Assembly (NCBI RefSeq): GCF_009914755.1
Contig: NC_060927.1
Source: the human T2T-CHM13v2.0 reference genome, Homo sapiens
Length of the DNA stretch: 64,000 nucleotides
Direction: 5' to 3' (one strand)
A program made the translations under genes and the position numbers. Under the pieces are notes generated by a model, which saw only the letters and a list, made by a program, of their open reading frames with translations, ran no database searches and was not told the origin of the DNA. Of the stretch, positions 13,013 to 26,080 are shown piece after piece (position 1 is the stretch's first letter; each line of letters begins with the position of its first letter).

Positions 13013-13174
13013 ATTTGTTGGTGTTCTACCAATCTCTTGTTTTGTTTTATTTATTTTAATTTTTAAAAGAATTTTTTAAAATGTTTGTGGGTACATTGTA
13101 GGTGTATATATTTATGGAGTACATGAGATGTTTTGATACAGGCATGCAATGCGTAACAATCATGTTACGGAGAA
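13013..13174 (-). mobile_element. Extremely 5'-truncated L1MA-like 3' end with 10-bp TSD
   Basis: 'tgtgggtacattgtaggtgtatatatttatggagtacatgagatgttttgatacaggcatgcaatg'; flanked by ctgacctctt at 13003-13012 and 13175-13184. Confidence 0.85.
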
Positions 13175-13263
13175 CTGACCTCTTGAGTAGGTTGTTTTTA
13201 GGGTCTGACCTGGCCCTGGGTCCTGCACCTTATCAAAGGCCCTAAGAGCTAAGTAGAAGGGGC

Positions 13264-13670
13264 TCTAATCTGGTCTAATCTGGTCTGGTCTGGTCTGGTC
13301 TGTTCTATTCTGGTCTAGCCTGGTCTGGTCTGGTCTAGTCTAGTCCGGCCTGCTCTGGTCTAATCTGGTTTAGTATGGTCTGGTCTGATCTAGCCTGGTC
13401 TGGTCTGGTCTGGTCTCGTCTGGTCTGATCTGGTTTAGTCCAGTCTGGTCTGGTCTGGTCTAATCTTGTCTGTTCTGCTCAGGTCTGGTCTGGTCTGGTC
13501 TGGTCTGGTCTGCTGTGGTCTGGTTTGGTCTAGTCTGGTCTGGCCTGGTCTGGTCTAGTCTAGTCTGGCCTGGTCTGGTCTGGTTTGTCCTGGTCTGGTC
13601 TGGTCTGGTCTAGTCTAGTCTGGTCTGGTCTGATCTAGTCTGCTCTGATCTAGCCTGGTTTGGTCTGGTC
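13264..13670. repeat. (TCTGG)n / (CCAGA)n pentanucleotide array, ~80 units
   Basis: Read directly from the sequence; variant units include TCTAG, CCTGG, TCTGA and TTTGG. Confidence 0.98.
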
Positions 13671-13899
13671 ACTATTCACTGATTATTTCCTGGGAGAGAA
13701 ACTGTGCTGGGTTAAGTAACACAGCAGAGCCAAGCATTCCATTCCCCAAATAAGTCCCCAGTCTGACAGGCGCTGGGGAGGGGATGAAACTAACTAAGAT
13801 CTAGGTAGTTAAAACATATCACAACATGCCATAAGGGAGAAATGACCAATGTTCTGGACTATTCTCTTTTTCTTCCCTAGCTGTGATTAATTTTCCTTT

Positions 13900-14385
13900 T
13901 CCTTTGTCAGCATCTTGATTTTCCTGCCGAATCACCCACTCTTCCCTCCCAGGTTTTGTGGTGTAGGTGGGGCTGTCTCTATCCCCAGGTGTGGAGGGAC
14001 CCACATCACATGGACTTAGCCAATCAGAACGTCCTCCCCCTTCTATTCCCGTGATGATGGGTTCAAGGATGGGGACAAGACTTAAGCTAGGCTGCTGAGG
14101 TGCAGTTTTGGGACATTTGTTTGAAATGTCAGGAAAGAGAAGCTCTTTTCATTGGTAGGAATGCAGGGCTCAGGAAGTCACACCTGCCGCCTCTTGGTAG
14201 AGGGCTTGCTTGGGAACACAGCCAGCCTAGAAAGAGATTGTGATGTTCCTCCTGATGTATAAACACCTGGATCAAGCCAGGCCTGGGGTTTCCGGTTTCT
14301 TGGGCCAACATATTTCCTGCTTTGCAGAAGTGAGTTTGAAGAGAGATCCTGTCCTATACTGTAGCAGATCCAGTCCTAAACAAAT
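13900..14385 (+). mobile_element. MaLR LTR (MLT1K/L-like)
   Basis: 'ttagccaatcagaac...gggttcaaggatggggac...aggaaagagaagctcttttc...cacctggatcaagcc'. Confidence 0.6.
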
Positions 14386-14409
14386 GCCAGGGAGGTGAAG
14401 TTGCGAGTC

Positions 14410-14830
14410 ATTTCTTCAGTGTGAGCTCAGAAAAAACCTCACAGTAAAGGTGGCACTGGAGAGGTAGACAGCCATGTTTTGATATCCGACGGAAGGAAGC
14501 AGAGCATTCCAAGGGGAAAGGAGTGTATAGCATCAGCTCAGAGGCAGGAAAAACACGGGCATGTTTGGATGACAGACGAAGCCTCATGTGGATAAAGTAT
14601 AGAGTTCTCGTAAGGTCTGCATGGAAGAGAGGTAGTGAATGAAGTTGGAGAGATGGGCTGGAGCCAGAGCAGGGGGCCAGGGAGGGGATTTGCACTGCAG
14701 GCTGAGATGTGGTTCTCGTGTGGGAGGTAATGTGATGGCTGGGAAGGGTGGATAGAGCTGTGCTTCCCTGAGGAGAGCCAAGATCCTTTTTAGGAAGGGA
14801 CAGTGGAACTGGGAATGAACTATTTCAAGC
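14410..14830 (-). mobile_element. L2 fragment
   Basis: 'cagccatg...agagcattccaaggggaaagg...cagctcagaggcaggaaa...gggcatgtttgga'. Confidence 0.6.
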
Positions 14831-15549
14831 GGCTCTTCCTGGTGTGCAGGGAGCTTCCAAGGCTGATATTGACACCCCTGGGTCCATATTTCTTTGATCA
14901 TATCCACAGAGATGGGTGAGGGAAGAAGGTGGTGAATTACATCACTCCACCATGAGGAACCCATATGCAATTAACTCCTAATCCATCCAGAATTTATGCT
15001 TGTGTACAGTGTGAGATGAACAGGCAACTTACGTTTTTTTTTTCCTTCAAATTGTTAACCAATTGTTCCAATGTCATTTGTTCAATAATTTGTTTCTGCT
15101 GAATTCAATGTCACTTTTAGCATAGAGTAAATTCTTATATTTAACAAGTCTCTTTTTGGACTTTGTACTTCATTCCTCTCATCTTTCTATAAGCCACATT
15201 CTTAAATGTCATTTCATAACAGGTATCCCCTTATTAGTTTTTACCCAAAGCATTTTGGCTAGTCTAATTTATTTACTCTCACAAATAAACTTGAGAATCA
15301 CATTGTAAAAAAAGTGATTTTTATAAAAATAGAATTCAATCTACAAATTAATTTGTGGGAGCACTGACAACTACAGAATATTTGCCCCTCTCATCCTGGA
15401 ATATTTTATGACTTATTTTAGTTTTGAGATTTTTTTTCATATAGCTCATGTACATTTCTTAAAAAGATTATTCCTAGATATTTGACAGTTTGGGGAGTTT
15501 TCTGAAACACATTTTATAACTTTATTATATGTTTATTTTGTATGACTAT

Positions 15550-16428
15550 TGGAAACCAAAAATAAAATTCTAAGCCCTCCAACTGACTGAATGGATCCCT
15601 CCTCTTGGCCAAGGGCATCCCAAAGAAACCTGAAAACCTAGTTCAGGCCATGATGGGAGGGACTGTCACATTTGCCTTGTTATGCTCTCCCCGCTTTGGA
15701 GTTTAGGCACAGCTGACCAGCATTAACATTAAAATAGAGATCATAAGACTGACAAACAGACTCTTTGTAGCAATAAGGTATCAAATTCCAACCTGACTCT
15801 GGCATCACATCACAGGACGAACAGCAGGCCCTGAGGGAAATCAAAATATTTTACCCCAAAATATATTTCTTTGACATATTTTGAAATGGTCCCACAAAAC
15901 CTCTCTTGTGGGGGATATTTGCATTCTGTAGAGAATCTCACTCCCTAACTAGGTCTTTTCCAAGTGATTGATGCCTTTTCAAGTCTGGTAAGAGACATTC
16001 CCCATCTATTCTCTCTGGGGCCTGTTGCTCTGAGGCTTCATCTACATGACAAGAAACTTGCCTTCCACAAGACGCCTTATCTTAACTGAAGCATTTCTCT
16101 CTGCTAACTTCAACTCTTTAGACAAAGCTCAACTCTTTCAACCAACTGATAATCAGGAAATCTTTAAATCTACTAATGACCTGGAAGCCTCCACTTTGAG
16201 ATGACCAGCCTTTCTGGACCAAACCAATATATACCTTACACACATTGATTTAGGTCTTTGCCTGTAACTTCTGTTCTCCTAAAATATATAAGACCAATCT
16301 GTAATCCAACCACCTTGGGCACATGTTCTCAGGACCTCCTGTGGCTGTGTTATGGGCCATGGTCCTCATATTTGGCTCAGAATAGGCCTCTTCAAATATT
16401 TTACAGTGTTTGGCTTTTTCCATCAACA
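15550..16428 (+). mobile_element. MER4D-like ERV1 solo LTR
   Basis: TG...CA termini; starts 'tggaaaccaaaaataaaattctaagccctccaactgactgaatgga', ends 'aaatattttacagtgtttggctttttccatcaaca'. Confidence 0.85.
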
Positions 16429-16766
16429 TTCTCTTATGGAAATATCATGTTACTTCCAGTACTTGTTGTTGATTCTATCAAAAATAATTTAGTTACTTCT
16501 TTTCTAATTGTCAAAATTTACTTTTCCTGTCTTATTGCTTTGACTAGAATTTCCAGAGCAATTTAAAATAGTGTTAGTAATAGCAGACATCTTTGTCTCA
16601 TTTCTGAAAATGCCTCTAGAGTCTTCACATTAAGAATGACTTTTGTTTTTAAGATAGATAAGTTGTATTGTGTTAAGAAAGACCTTTTTCTATGTGTAGC
16701 TTTTCAACAGTTGTATTAAGAATGGGTATTGGATTTTATAAATGCCTTTTGCACATTTATCTAGAT

Positions 16767-16973
16767 CAGGGATGGACAGTCCAAGGGCCCCAAGGGCCTA
16801 GTCTGGGTGGCCTATTTGTGCAACCTGTGAGCTAAAAGTGACTCTTATACATCTAAAGGGATGTTAACAAATAAAACAAAAAACCCCACAATATGCAACA
16901 AAGGTGGCATGTGGCTCACAAAGCTCAAAATATTTATTATCTGGCTCTTTACAGAACATATGTCCCAATCCTT
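16767..16973 (+). mobile_element. MER58-family (MER58C-like) DNA transposon
   Basis: 'tgtggctcacaaagctcaaaatatttattatctggctctttacagaa'; flanked by ctagat-like repeats. Confidence 0.7.
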
Positions 16974-17759
16974 TAGCTAGATAATTGTGTAGATTCAAAG
17001 ATGTATATTCTTTGAATTATTGACATGATACTATTAACATTTAATATCGAACCATCCTTGAATTCCCGGACCATTTGAATTTTGGCCAAAATTCTATTGC
17101 CATTCCTAGGAGAACAAAAGAAGGGGCTGCACTTCAGAAGGTGAGGGTCCTGGGCATTCTGTAGCTATCAGGGGAGAACTCCTGAGCATCCATGTTCTGA
17201 GAAGGACAGAAAAATCTGGCAGAAGGGAAACATTGCATTTTGGGGGGATTTTGTGGTTGACTTATTGGTGGGTTTAGCTCTTGGGCAAGTTATATCAATG
17301 ACTGTTTTCAAACCTATTGACAGTGGGGTTAGAAACATTGGTGTCACAATCTCATTGGTTTCCTGGGAGGCAGAGAGTGTCCAGTGGAGATCTGGTGCAC
17401 ATTTGGCAAGCTGGGATGTCTGAACCTTCCCTTTATGGAAGAGTCTATGAGTCCAACATTTAAGGCATGTGTCACAGGGTCTGAGTCAGTAAGTTGTCAC
17501 AACTGTTTCTGCAATTAATCAAGAGCCAGTGTCAAAGCTTGAGATAAACATCAAGATGGCTGCAGCCAGAGTTGAATGGAAGGGGACACAATGGACCCTG
17601 GGACAGTGACCATCCTCCAACCTCCATGACTCTTAAAAGAGGCATGTCCAATACTTAATTGCTGATTGTATCGCTGTGATATAGATGATTACCCTCCACT
17701 TGCTTAAATTCAGTAAAATGTACAATGCAAACATGTCACATGTGGTTATGACATTCCGT

Positions 17760-18655
17760 TTTGTTAGCTTAATGGTCAGCTAATGTTTGAACAGAGATTT
17801 CCTAAACTCCTGGAACAAGTATGTCTCCTACTCTTTGCTGATGGGCTCTGTGTGTGGGGGAGACACTTTCAACTCTTGGCTGGGCGGTTCACACCTCCAC
17901 CTTAGCCTTCACTTCATGTTGTACAGATTCTTCAGGTCAGCCAGAGGTGAGAGCTTGGGCTTCTCAGGTCTTTTTTGAGCATGTGCCCAGGCCTGAATGT
18001 ACACACAGCCCCATGCACCTGCACGGACTTCTAGATTCCCAAGAATGTCAGTTCACTGTCCCTATCCCTAAGGACATCTAATTTCTCAGCTTTTCCTTTT
18101 AAGCTTTTTGGTTAACTTATTATTTGTGTCAACTGTTATCTACTGCCTCAGAAAGCCTCAACATTCAACAATTGCCTTGATGGTTTTGGCAAATAATTCC
18201 AGGAGACAGGCTGTTTGCACTGGGTGAGATGAGTCAGGTCAAACAAAGACAGTTTTGTAAGTGAGGTCTTCCAGGGAAACACCAGACAGGTCAAATAATG
18301 ACAATCCTCTGGGAAGGGGCTTTGAAGCAGCTCCAACCCTATCCTGCCCCTGCAGGGATGGGCGGACTGCTGGTTTTCACCATGATTGTGGCTGTTGAAT
18401 TTTGAGGTATCTGGAAGCAGCCAGGGGAGGGAGGGATGGAATAGGACAAGTTAAAATGCCACGAAGCTCACTGTTCTTCATGAGAGTCAGCCTTTTTCTT
18501 GATTAAACACTCTTCAGATTGCTGCCAGCCCTTGGTTAATTTGCAGCGTTCTGAAATGTTGATTCTGACTGTTTTTTTTGCCAGGATTCTCATTGCTTTG
18601 AAGGAAGAGAGAAATTTTGGAGGTCCTCGCCCAGCCGTTCTCACTGATGTCACCT
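17760..18655 (-). mobile_element. Old L1M 5'-region fragment
   Basis: 'ccttagccttcacttc...tcaggtcagccagaggtgagagc...gaggtcctcgcccagccgttctcactgatgtc' resembles antisense L1M 5' UTR consensus. Confidence 0.55.
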
Positions 18656-19881
18656 CTCTGAGCGAATCTGAACTCTTACTTTACATGTGTGGTTTGCCAT
18701 CCACAGGGGCTAAGTAGTAAAAAGGGGTTCTGCGGTTGTGCATTCTTCAGCATGGCTGTTGTCCCTTCTCTCCACTTCTTTTCAGGCCAGGGAAACCTGT
18801 CCCAGCATTGGGATGGGAACCTAGCTGCATTGAGCAGGGAAAGTCAGGAAAGACCTGCTTCTCAGTTGCTCATTCTCTGTACCTGCTCCATTTAATGAGT
18901 CCTGTGTGCTGGAGATCTCCTTCCACAGGCCCAGGCCCTGTTCCATTTGTGGGCTTGAAGAGTCTGTGGCTTTGGCAATTAGCTGTCTCAGTTTTCTGTC
19001 CCTGCTCTGGAGACCTGCCAGCATAAGGTCCTGCTTCTCCCTGTCATCCTCCCATCCTGCACAGCTGGGTGGCAGAATAATGACTTTATTAAGTGCATCC
19101 TGCACTGAATTCCCCAAGGATGCTGGTCCATTAGAAGAGACTACATCTGCCACCAGCAGCCATGCAGCTGGTTTGGTTTCATCTGTTCAGACCTAGGTGG
19201 GGGCCCAGGAAGGGCACACACTGTCGTTCTTGCTGCCCAGTTCGTGGGCCTGAGTCTGACTCTGGAGGGAGGCTCACGTCCTCTGTAGACAGTGAGGCAT
19301 GTGGCTCCCTGCTTCCACCAAATCCTACCTCTCCCTGCCTGCATGGTGTGGGCTCCACTCTGAGACAGGCAGGGACAAGGCCTGGGCCTGGTCAGCAATG
19401 AGAGCCTGGGGAGGGGTCTAGGATAAGGGCTCATGTCCTCAGGAGGCTTACACATGAAAGCAGTGGGGGTCTGAGCACACTCCTGGATGTGCCCTGTCAG
19501 GAAGGGCAGAGGGAGCGCTCATAGGCTCAAGGAGGGAGGCAGGTTCAGAGACGAGTGCAGGAGGCAGAGCCTAGAGGTCTTTATCTCAGCAGAGGAGGTG
19601 ATTAAGGAAGCATCTTGGAATGCACACCTCCTTGGATGGTGCTGTTTACATCTCTAAGCCTGAACATGTGTTGTTTCTCTGGGCCTTAACCTTCTCTTCT
19701 CTGAAATAGGGATAGTGATTCTTTGCCTGTATGAAGCCCAAGGTCAGACAGAAATGATTCCTTTTTAAGATCAGGAATTGGACTCCCCATGCAGAGAGTA
19801 AATGCAGGTGAGATGCTGTATGGGGTCCGGCCTTGCTGCTCCATGGACCGTACCTCATCGTCCCATTCTGGTTGGAGGTCT

Positions 19882-20410
19882 TGTGTCAATCAGGGCTCTT
19901 CTGGCTGCCAGGGAAAGAAATCAAACTTCACTTAAGTAAAGGGCCAGCTGGATTGGCGTGTGTGGCAGAAGTCTGGAGCAGGTCTGGGCAGTGTAGTGGG
20001 CCCAGCCTTGCGCACGGCACCATCAGGAACGAGCTCTCCACACCCCGCTTTCCCCTTCCCTCTCCATCAGCTTCATTCTCAGGCAGGCTCACCGCACTTT
20101 AGTCCTGGCGGTCCCAGGAAGCTCCAGCCTCTATTCTACAGCTCACCAACCACAGTGGAAGCAGGGTCCCTTAAATCCCAGGCTGACTTGCATTGGTCTA
20201 CACTGAGTCCTGTGCCCATCACTGCACCAATTGGGTGACCCTGGAAGTTCAGGTCTGGACCACTGCCCATCCTTGGAGAGGAGTGGGGACAGGGGCAAGA
20301 AGGGATCTTGGCCCTTTTTACACCACATGAAATGAAAGCAGTGGCACCCTTCCCCCCGAAAGATCAGGGTGCTGTTGACAGAATGGTGCTGGGCAGCAGA
20401 ACCCCAGGTG
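19882..20410 (-). mobile_element. MaLR LTR (MLT1K/L-like)
   Basis: Similar to 4600-5110, including the shared 'cttcattctcaggcaggct'. Confidence 0.65.
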
Positions 20411-20869
20411 CCCACCGCATGGCTCTTAACCAGGTCCCTCACCCAGGGTTATGCCCAGCTCAGCTTTGCATCCTTCCTGTCTCCAGTCTCACCTCTTGGC
20501 TTTGCTTAGGGGTCTGTGCTTTTCCTCCTTGCCCAGCCAGGCCTCTCTCCACCTTGAACCACTGTGCTCCAGGACAGCTGCAGGCCCCAGAGTTCCTGGA
20601 CTCCACCCTCACCTCTGTCCCATCCCATCTAGACCCAAGCTGGGCCCTTAGCTGAGTCAGTCTGTTGTTTTTTGCTCAGGTCTTGGCTAATCCATTGATC
20701 TATTCACCCATCTACTACTTTGTTTACCTACTCATTTATTTAACAACTCTTTGTGAGTAACATGCATAAGTCACTATCCTAGGTAATGGAGTTTAGACAA
20801 TGGATCTCCAATGGCCCTAAGTCAAGGGGACTCCTTTCTCCTTGCCGTTACCCAAATTAACAATTCCTT

Positions 20870-21335
20870 TAAAAATTGTTTTATTGGAGTATAATTGCCA
20901 TGCAATAAGCTTTACATACTTAACATGTACAAACCAATAAGTTGTGACACTTTATATTTCTGAGAAGCCATCATTGTCATCAAGACAGCAAATGCACCCC
21001 AAGGCCTCTGTAGGCCCCTTTGTCATTTTAATCATCTTTCTCTCCTGCCCTTCCCGGCATCCACAGGCAACCATCGATCTGCTTTTGGTCACTGTAGATT
21101 AGTTTGAACTTTCTAAAATTCTTAGTAAATGGAAACACACAGTATGTGCTCTCTTTTTGTCTGACTCTTTCACTTTGCATGGTTATTTTGAGATCCACCC
21201 TGTTGTTGTGTGTATCAGTAGTCAATGCCTTTTGATTGTTGAGTGGTGTTTCATTGCATGGATGGTCCAGTTTTTTACCCATTTGCCTGTCGGTGGAGTT
21301 TGGGCTTGCTAAGAATACGTGTATACAAATCAGGA
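20870..21335 (-). mobile_element. L1MC-like 3' end
   Basis: 'ggcaaccatcgatctgctttt...gtagattagtttg...ttttgagatccaccctgttgttgtgtgtatcagtag'. Confidence 0.85.
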
Positions 21336-21469
21336 TTGTGAAGGGACAGGGTGGAAACCTGATAGCTCCAGGATTTGTGATTGCAGTGTTCTGAATCCCA
21401 GTGCACCCAGAAGGCCAAGGGCTGGCATTTGGAAAGTGTAAGGACATGCTTGTCCACAGACTAGGAAGT

Positions 21470-21700
21470 CACACATTGTGTTCTGCAGGAACTGGATTCT
21501 ACGTTAAGAGGTTTGGAAAGTGTTCCGCCTTCTTGGAGATTCACCTTCTATATGAGCTTATTAAAGTCTCTGAGTAAAGTCCTGCAGTAAGAAGAATCCA
21601 ATGTCCTATAGTTAGACACTAATTAGACCATATAAACTCTTTCCCCCTTTTGTCCTAGTGTTAACTATAAATCTCTTATGGAAGGCGGTTTAATGGACAT
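21470..21700. mobile_element. hAT-Charlie fragment (MER112-like)
   Basis: 'cttggagattcac...tattaaagtctctgagtaaagtcctgcagtaaga'. Confidence 0.5.
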
Positions 21701-21934
21701 TGCTGTGGACCATGGGGCTGTGGGCATGCTAGGGAGAGGTGTCTGCTCCCAGAAACATTCCAGAGTCCCAACATTCATCTAGGAAGTCTCACAGGCATTC
21801 ACAAGTAACTCACAATGTATGAAATTATAAAATATTTCAAGCACACAGAAAAGTGTTGAGAATAAAACAACAGACACTCATGTAAACAACACACTGCTTT
21901 GTCAGCATTCTGCCTCTCTGTGTGTTTCAGAGTT

Positions 21935-21939
<5 letters not shown>

Positions 21940-21966
<27 letters not shown>
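21940..21966. repeat. (TG)n microsatellite
   Basis: Read directly from the sequence. Confidence 0.97.
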
Positions 21967-22155
21967 CATTTAAAGAAAACATCACTAATATAGCCAAAGA
22001 TCCCGAGCATCTCTTCTCCATTTGACTACCCCTCCCTCCTTCTTCCCAAAAACCACCATCTTCAATTTGGCATTTGTCATTTCTATGCATATCTTCATTC
22101 TTTTACTACATATGTTTTTGTATCTCTAAATAACATATAGTATTGTCTTTCAAGG

Positions 22156-22542
22156 TGATATGGTTAGGCTTTTTGTCCCCACCCAAACAAATCTCATCTT
22201 GAATTATAATACCCATAATACCCACAATCCCCGCATGTCAAGGGAGAGAACAGGTGGAGGTAATTGAATCATGGGGGCGGTTTCCCCCATGCTGTTCTCG
22301 TGATAGTGAGTTCTCACAAGATCTGATGGTTTTACAAGGAGCTCTTCCTGCTTCCATCAGCACTTCTCCTTCCTGCTGCCTTGTGAAGAAGGTGTCTTGC
22401 TTCCTCTTCGCCTTTCACCACAATTGTAAGTTTCCTGAGGTCTCCCCGGATATGCTGAACTGTGAGTCAATTAAACCTCTTTCCTTTATAAATTACCAGT
22501 CTCAGGCATTTCTTTATAGTAGTTTGAAAATGGACTAATATA
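22156..22542 (+). mobile_element. THE1 (THE1C/D) MaLR solo LTR
   Basis: 'tgatatggttaggc...aaatctcatcttgaatt...ctgtgagtcaattaaacctctttcctttataaattacc...tggactaatata'; 5-bp TSD caagg/catgg. Confidence 0.93.
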
Positions 22543-24634
22543 CATGGCTTAAAATTTCATAAATGATAATATATTATGTGTAGAATTCTCCACTTGCTTT
22601 TCTTAGCTGAAGCTGGTTTTAAGATTTAACTGGAGTTCATTCATTTTAAGTGCAGCATAGTATTCCATTGAATAAACAGGCCACAGTGTGGCCTTCATTG
22701 TCTTGCTGGTAGATGTCTGGGATGCTTCTCATTTTTCTCTACTGTAAACAATGCTGCAATGACAATTTTTGTGCATGTCTCCTTGTCACATGTGTGAGTC
22801 AAGCATGGAATTGCTCGGTCATGGGGTAGGGGTATCAGTAACTCTACTTAGACATTGCCAAAAGGATGGCAGTAATTTTAACTCTTATCTACAGTATAAG
22901 AGAGTTCTAATTTCTCTACATTATCACAAACACTTGTTATTTCCAGACTTTTAAATGGCAGAAAAATGCCTGGTCTACAATGGGCACTCAATAAATACGC
23001 ACTGAAGGAAGTAAAGTGTTTTAATCCACATCTCCCTGGTTACTACCAATGCCCGGCACCTTGCATATGCTAGCTGGCTCCCACGCTCCCCTTCTGCAGG
23101 CTGCTCATCTATGTCTTTTATCCACTCCTTTGTTGGCTTGCTTGGCATTTCTTCTCTGATTTGTAGCAGTTCTTTACATATTCTGAATAATAATCTTCCA
23201 TCAGTTATGTGCAAAGCAAATATCTTTCCCAGTTTGCAGCTTGTTTTTTCATTTTGATAATTATGTCTTTTGTCTTACAGATGTTTTAAATTTTAATGTA
23301 CTTGAAGTTCTCAATCTTTTCCTTTATAGTTTGTGATTTTTGTGTCTTCTTCAATAAGTCTTTCCCCACTTGAAGTCATAAAGATATTATTCTATTTTTT
23401 TCTATAAGCCATCTAGTTTTTCTTTACTATCTAATTCTATCATATACCAGGGTTTTTGATATTGTAAGGTTTGAATTAAAAGTTTTATTTTATTTTTTTC
23501 TGCAGTGAGAACTATTTTAGTTTTCTACCACATGTTCCTGCTGCTCTGAAGTGCTAGTTCTTTCCTTTTGTGTCTGAGCCAGTGTCAGGGCTTCTGTTCT
23601 GCCCTTTGGTTTATTTTCTTACTGTGCCAACAGCTCACTATTTCAGTCACTAAAGCTTTGTAGTCCATCTTAATAACTATTTTGGTGGGTCCCCCTTCAT
23701 TTTCGTTCAGGAGTTTCATAGCTTTTCTTAGTCTTTTATTCATCCACCTAAATTTTAGGATTCATTTGTCATGTTCCTTAAAACTGGGATTTAGTTGAGA
23801 TTAAATTAAATTTATAGATCAATTTGAGACAATTGCCATCTTTATGATATTGAGTCTTCTCACCCATGAACATGGCATATCTGTCTAATTTACTCTGGTC
23901 TTCTTTTATGATTTTCCATAAAGTCTTATTATTTCTGCACAAAGATTATATATATCTTTTGTTAGATTTCTTCCTAATTCTATTAATTTATTGCTATTTA
24001 TTATTGGTATCTTTTTAAAATTAAAAACCATCTGTTGCTTCAGTACAGGGATATAATTCATTTTTGTATTTTGATCCTGCGTCCATCCACTTTGCTCAAC
24101 TCTTGAGTTAGTTGCACTGGGTTGTTTCTGGACTGTCTGGGACTTTCAGTTTAGAATCTTATAATTGGTGAATAATGAAATTTTTTTTTTCTTCTTTTCT
24201 AGTCTTCATACATTAAGTTTCTTTCTCTTGTCTTACTGCTAAGACTTTTAGTACAGCTTGAAAAGCTGTGGTAGTAGGGGGTGTCTTTGTCATGCTCCTG
24301 ACTTTTCCTGGAATGCCTCTACTATTTCATCGTTAATCATGACTTTGTAGTGGGTTTTTTTTTACACTTTGTATTATGCTAATGAGTTCTTTTTATTCTT
24401 ATTTTGTTAAGAGTCTTGGTCATGAATGGACATTAAATCATATTAAGTGACTACATCTATGCAGATGGTCTTACATTTTTTCTTTCAATTTCCTTCGATT
24501 TATTCTGTTGAGAATAAATAAGTCAGGAGTTGTTTCTAATGCAAACACCCTTGCATTACTGGAAGAGAGTTATTTTGGTCACATATGTAGAGATAAATAT
24601 CTGGAGTTAGTTTAGTCTTTATGGAGAGTTTTTC

Positions 24635-25168
24635 TGAAGTGGAAGTAAATGAACATCCATCAGATGAGAAGAAGCAAAGGCTATCCATTTGGAGCTCACC
24701 ATGGCAAGGGAGCCATCTCCATCACTTATGTTTTGACAGAGACTCAAGGGCAGACAGTGGGAAGTGTGAAGTGGGAAGCTTTACGGCGGAAAAGGGGGAA
24801 GGCCCAGTGTGCCCTGGTGGGAGGCTGTTGGCACAGAGAAGCTGTGGAAGGGCTGACTAGAAACAGAGCATCCTATGTAGTTCGCTGGGAGGGCATATTT
24901 GGCTTTTTCTGGTTGGTCCTAAGCTGGAAACAGGGATACAAATTTGGGAAGCTGTCAGTGATTAATCAAGTCCTGGCCATTTTGGGGAGATTATTACAGG
25001 CCTTATTCTTTGGTTCCCTGGGCTGCTTGCTGGAGAATGTGGTCTGACTTCCTAGAGTCTGACTTGCAGAGCAGCCTGGCTTCCTGGCTGGTTGCTGCAG
25101 ATTGTGGGTTGGAGCCTCTATTTTTATATATTGTCTAGCCATTGTTTGCCTGTAGATTCAGTCTCTCA
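24635..25168 (-). mobile_element. ERV1-class solo LTR (MER89/MER90-like)
   Basis: The reverse complement begins 'tgagagactgaatctacaggcaaacaatggctagacaatatataaaaatagaggctccaacccacaatctgcagcaaccagc'. Confidence 0.65.
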
Positions 25169-25849
25169 CCTGAGAGGTGGTGTTAGTTTCATCCTCATGT
25201 TGTCCAAGGCCAAGGCTTCTGCTCTTGTTCCTGCAGGGACGTCAGGATCGGAGCTCCTCACATGCCCAAGCCCCCACCAACACCACTCAGAGGCTGTTCC
25301 TTCTGCTCCTTTGTTTGTTGTTCCAGTGTTCAGTTTTCTTCTGGTTTCTAGATCTTGGCATTTCCCTACCTCCATTTTTTTTCTTTTATCAGTTTCCTGC
25401 CTTTAAAGGAATATTTGTTATATTTTATCTACTATTTCTATATGTTTGCAGCAGGGGAATTTTCAGGTTATTTAGTCTGCCAAGTTACCAGTACCAGAAG
25501 TCTCCAGCATCTTTTAAAGTGCGAAGTGTTTCATTCATTTTTCGCTCGAAAACATTCATTAACTGTGTCTTGCAGAGGGCTCGAGCTGGCAGCCCTGAGC
25601 GAGATCTGGCCCTCAGTCATGTTCTTGATCAAAATGAAACTAAAAACATTTTGCTAAAATTATGATGTAAATGCTTTATGTAGAGAATGTCCTCTTTATT
25701 TCCCAGATATTTAGAACTTGCAGTAGATTGCTTGGTAAAAGAGCCCAAGTTCCTCTCCTCGCACCTGTGCCCTGTGGTGCAGCGCCTCCCGTGCAATGCT
25801 GGCCCACCCCCTGGCTCTGGGCTGTCCTGGGGCTTGCTTCAGCCAGCAG

Positions 25850-26080
25850 ACAGTGCTGGCTCCAGCCTAGGCCACAAGAGGCCCTGTCCATCTCCATACT
25901 TGCTTTTGAGACTGTCCAGCTTCTGTGGGAGCCAGCCCGGGCTAGCCTGCTGGAGGACGAGAGACACATGGAGCGAGACTATGTCGCTTCACTCTCAGTC
26001 ACCAACGCTGCAGCCCACAGGAGAATAAGCAAGTCCAGCTTAGGCCAAAGGAGCCCCACCCAGATGCAAGGAGGGTGATT
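25850..26080 (+). mobile_element. MLT1G/H-like LTR fragment
   Basis: 'ccagcctaggccacaagaggcc...gcccgggctagcctgctggaggacgagagacacatgg'. Confidence 0.6.

Larger units (their letters stand above)
14965..17080 (-). mobile_element. Old L1M (L1ME-like) fragments, interrupted by a MER4 LTR and a MER58 element
   Basis: AT-rich antisense L1 text such as 'ttttcctgtcttattgctttgactagaatttccag' and 'aaccatccttgaattcc'. Confidence 0.7.
21825..24600 (-). mobile_element. Old L1 (L1ME/MC) long fragment, interrupted by (GT)n and THE1
   Basis: 'tagtattccattg', 'aaacaatgctgcaatga', 'aaatttatagatcaatttgagacaattgccatctttatgatattgagtcttc'. Confidence 0.8.
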
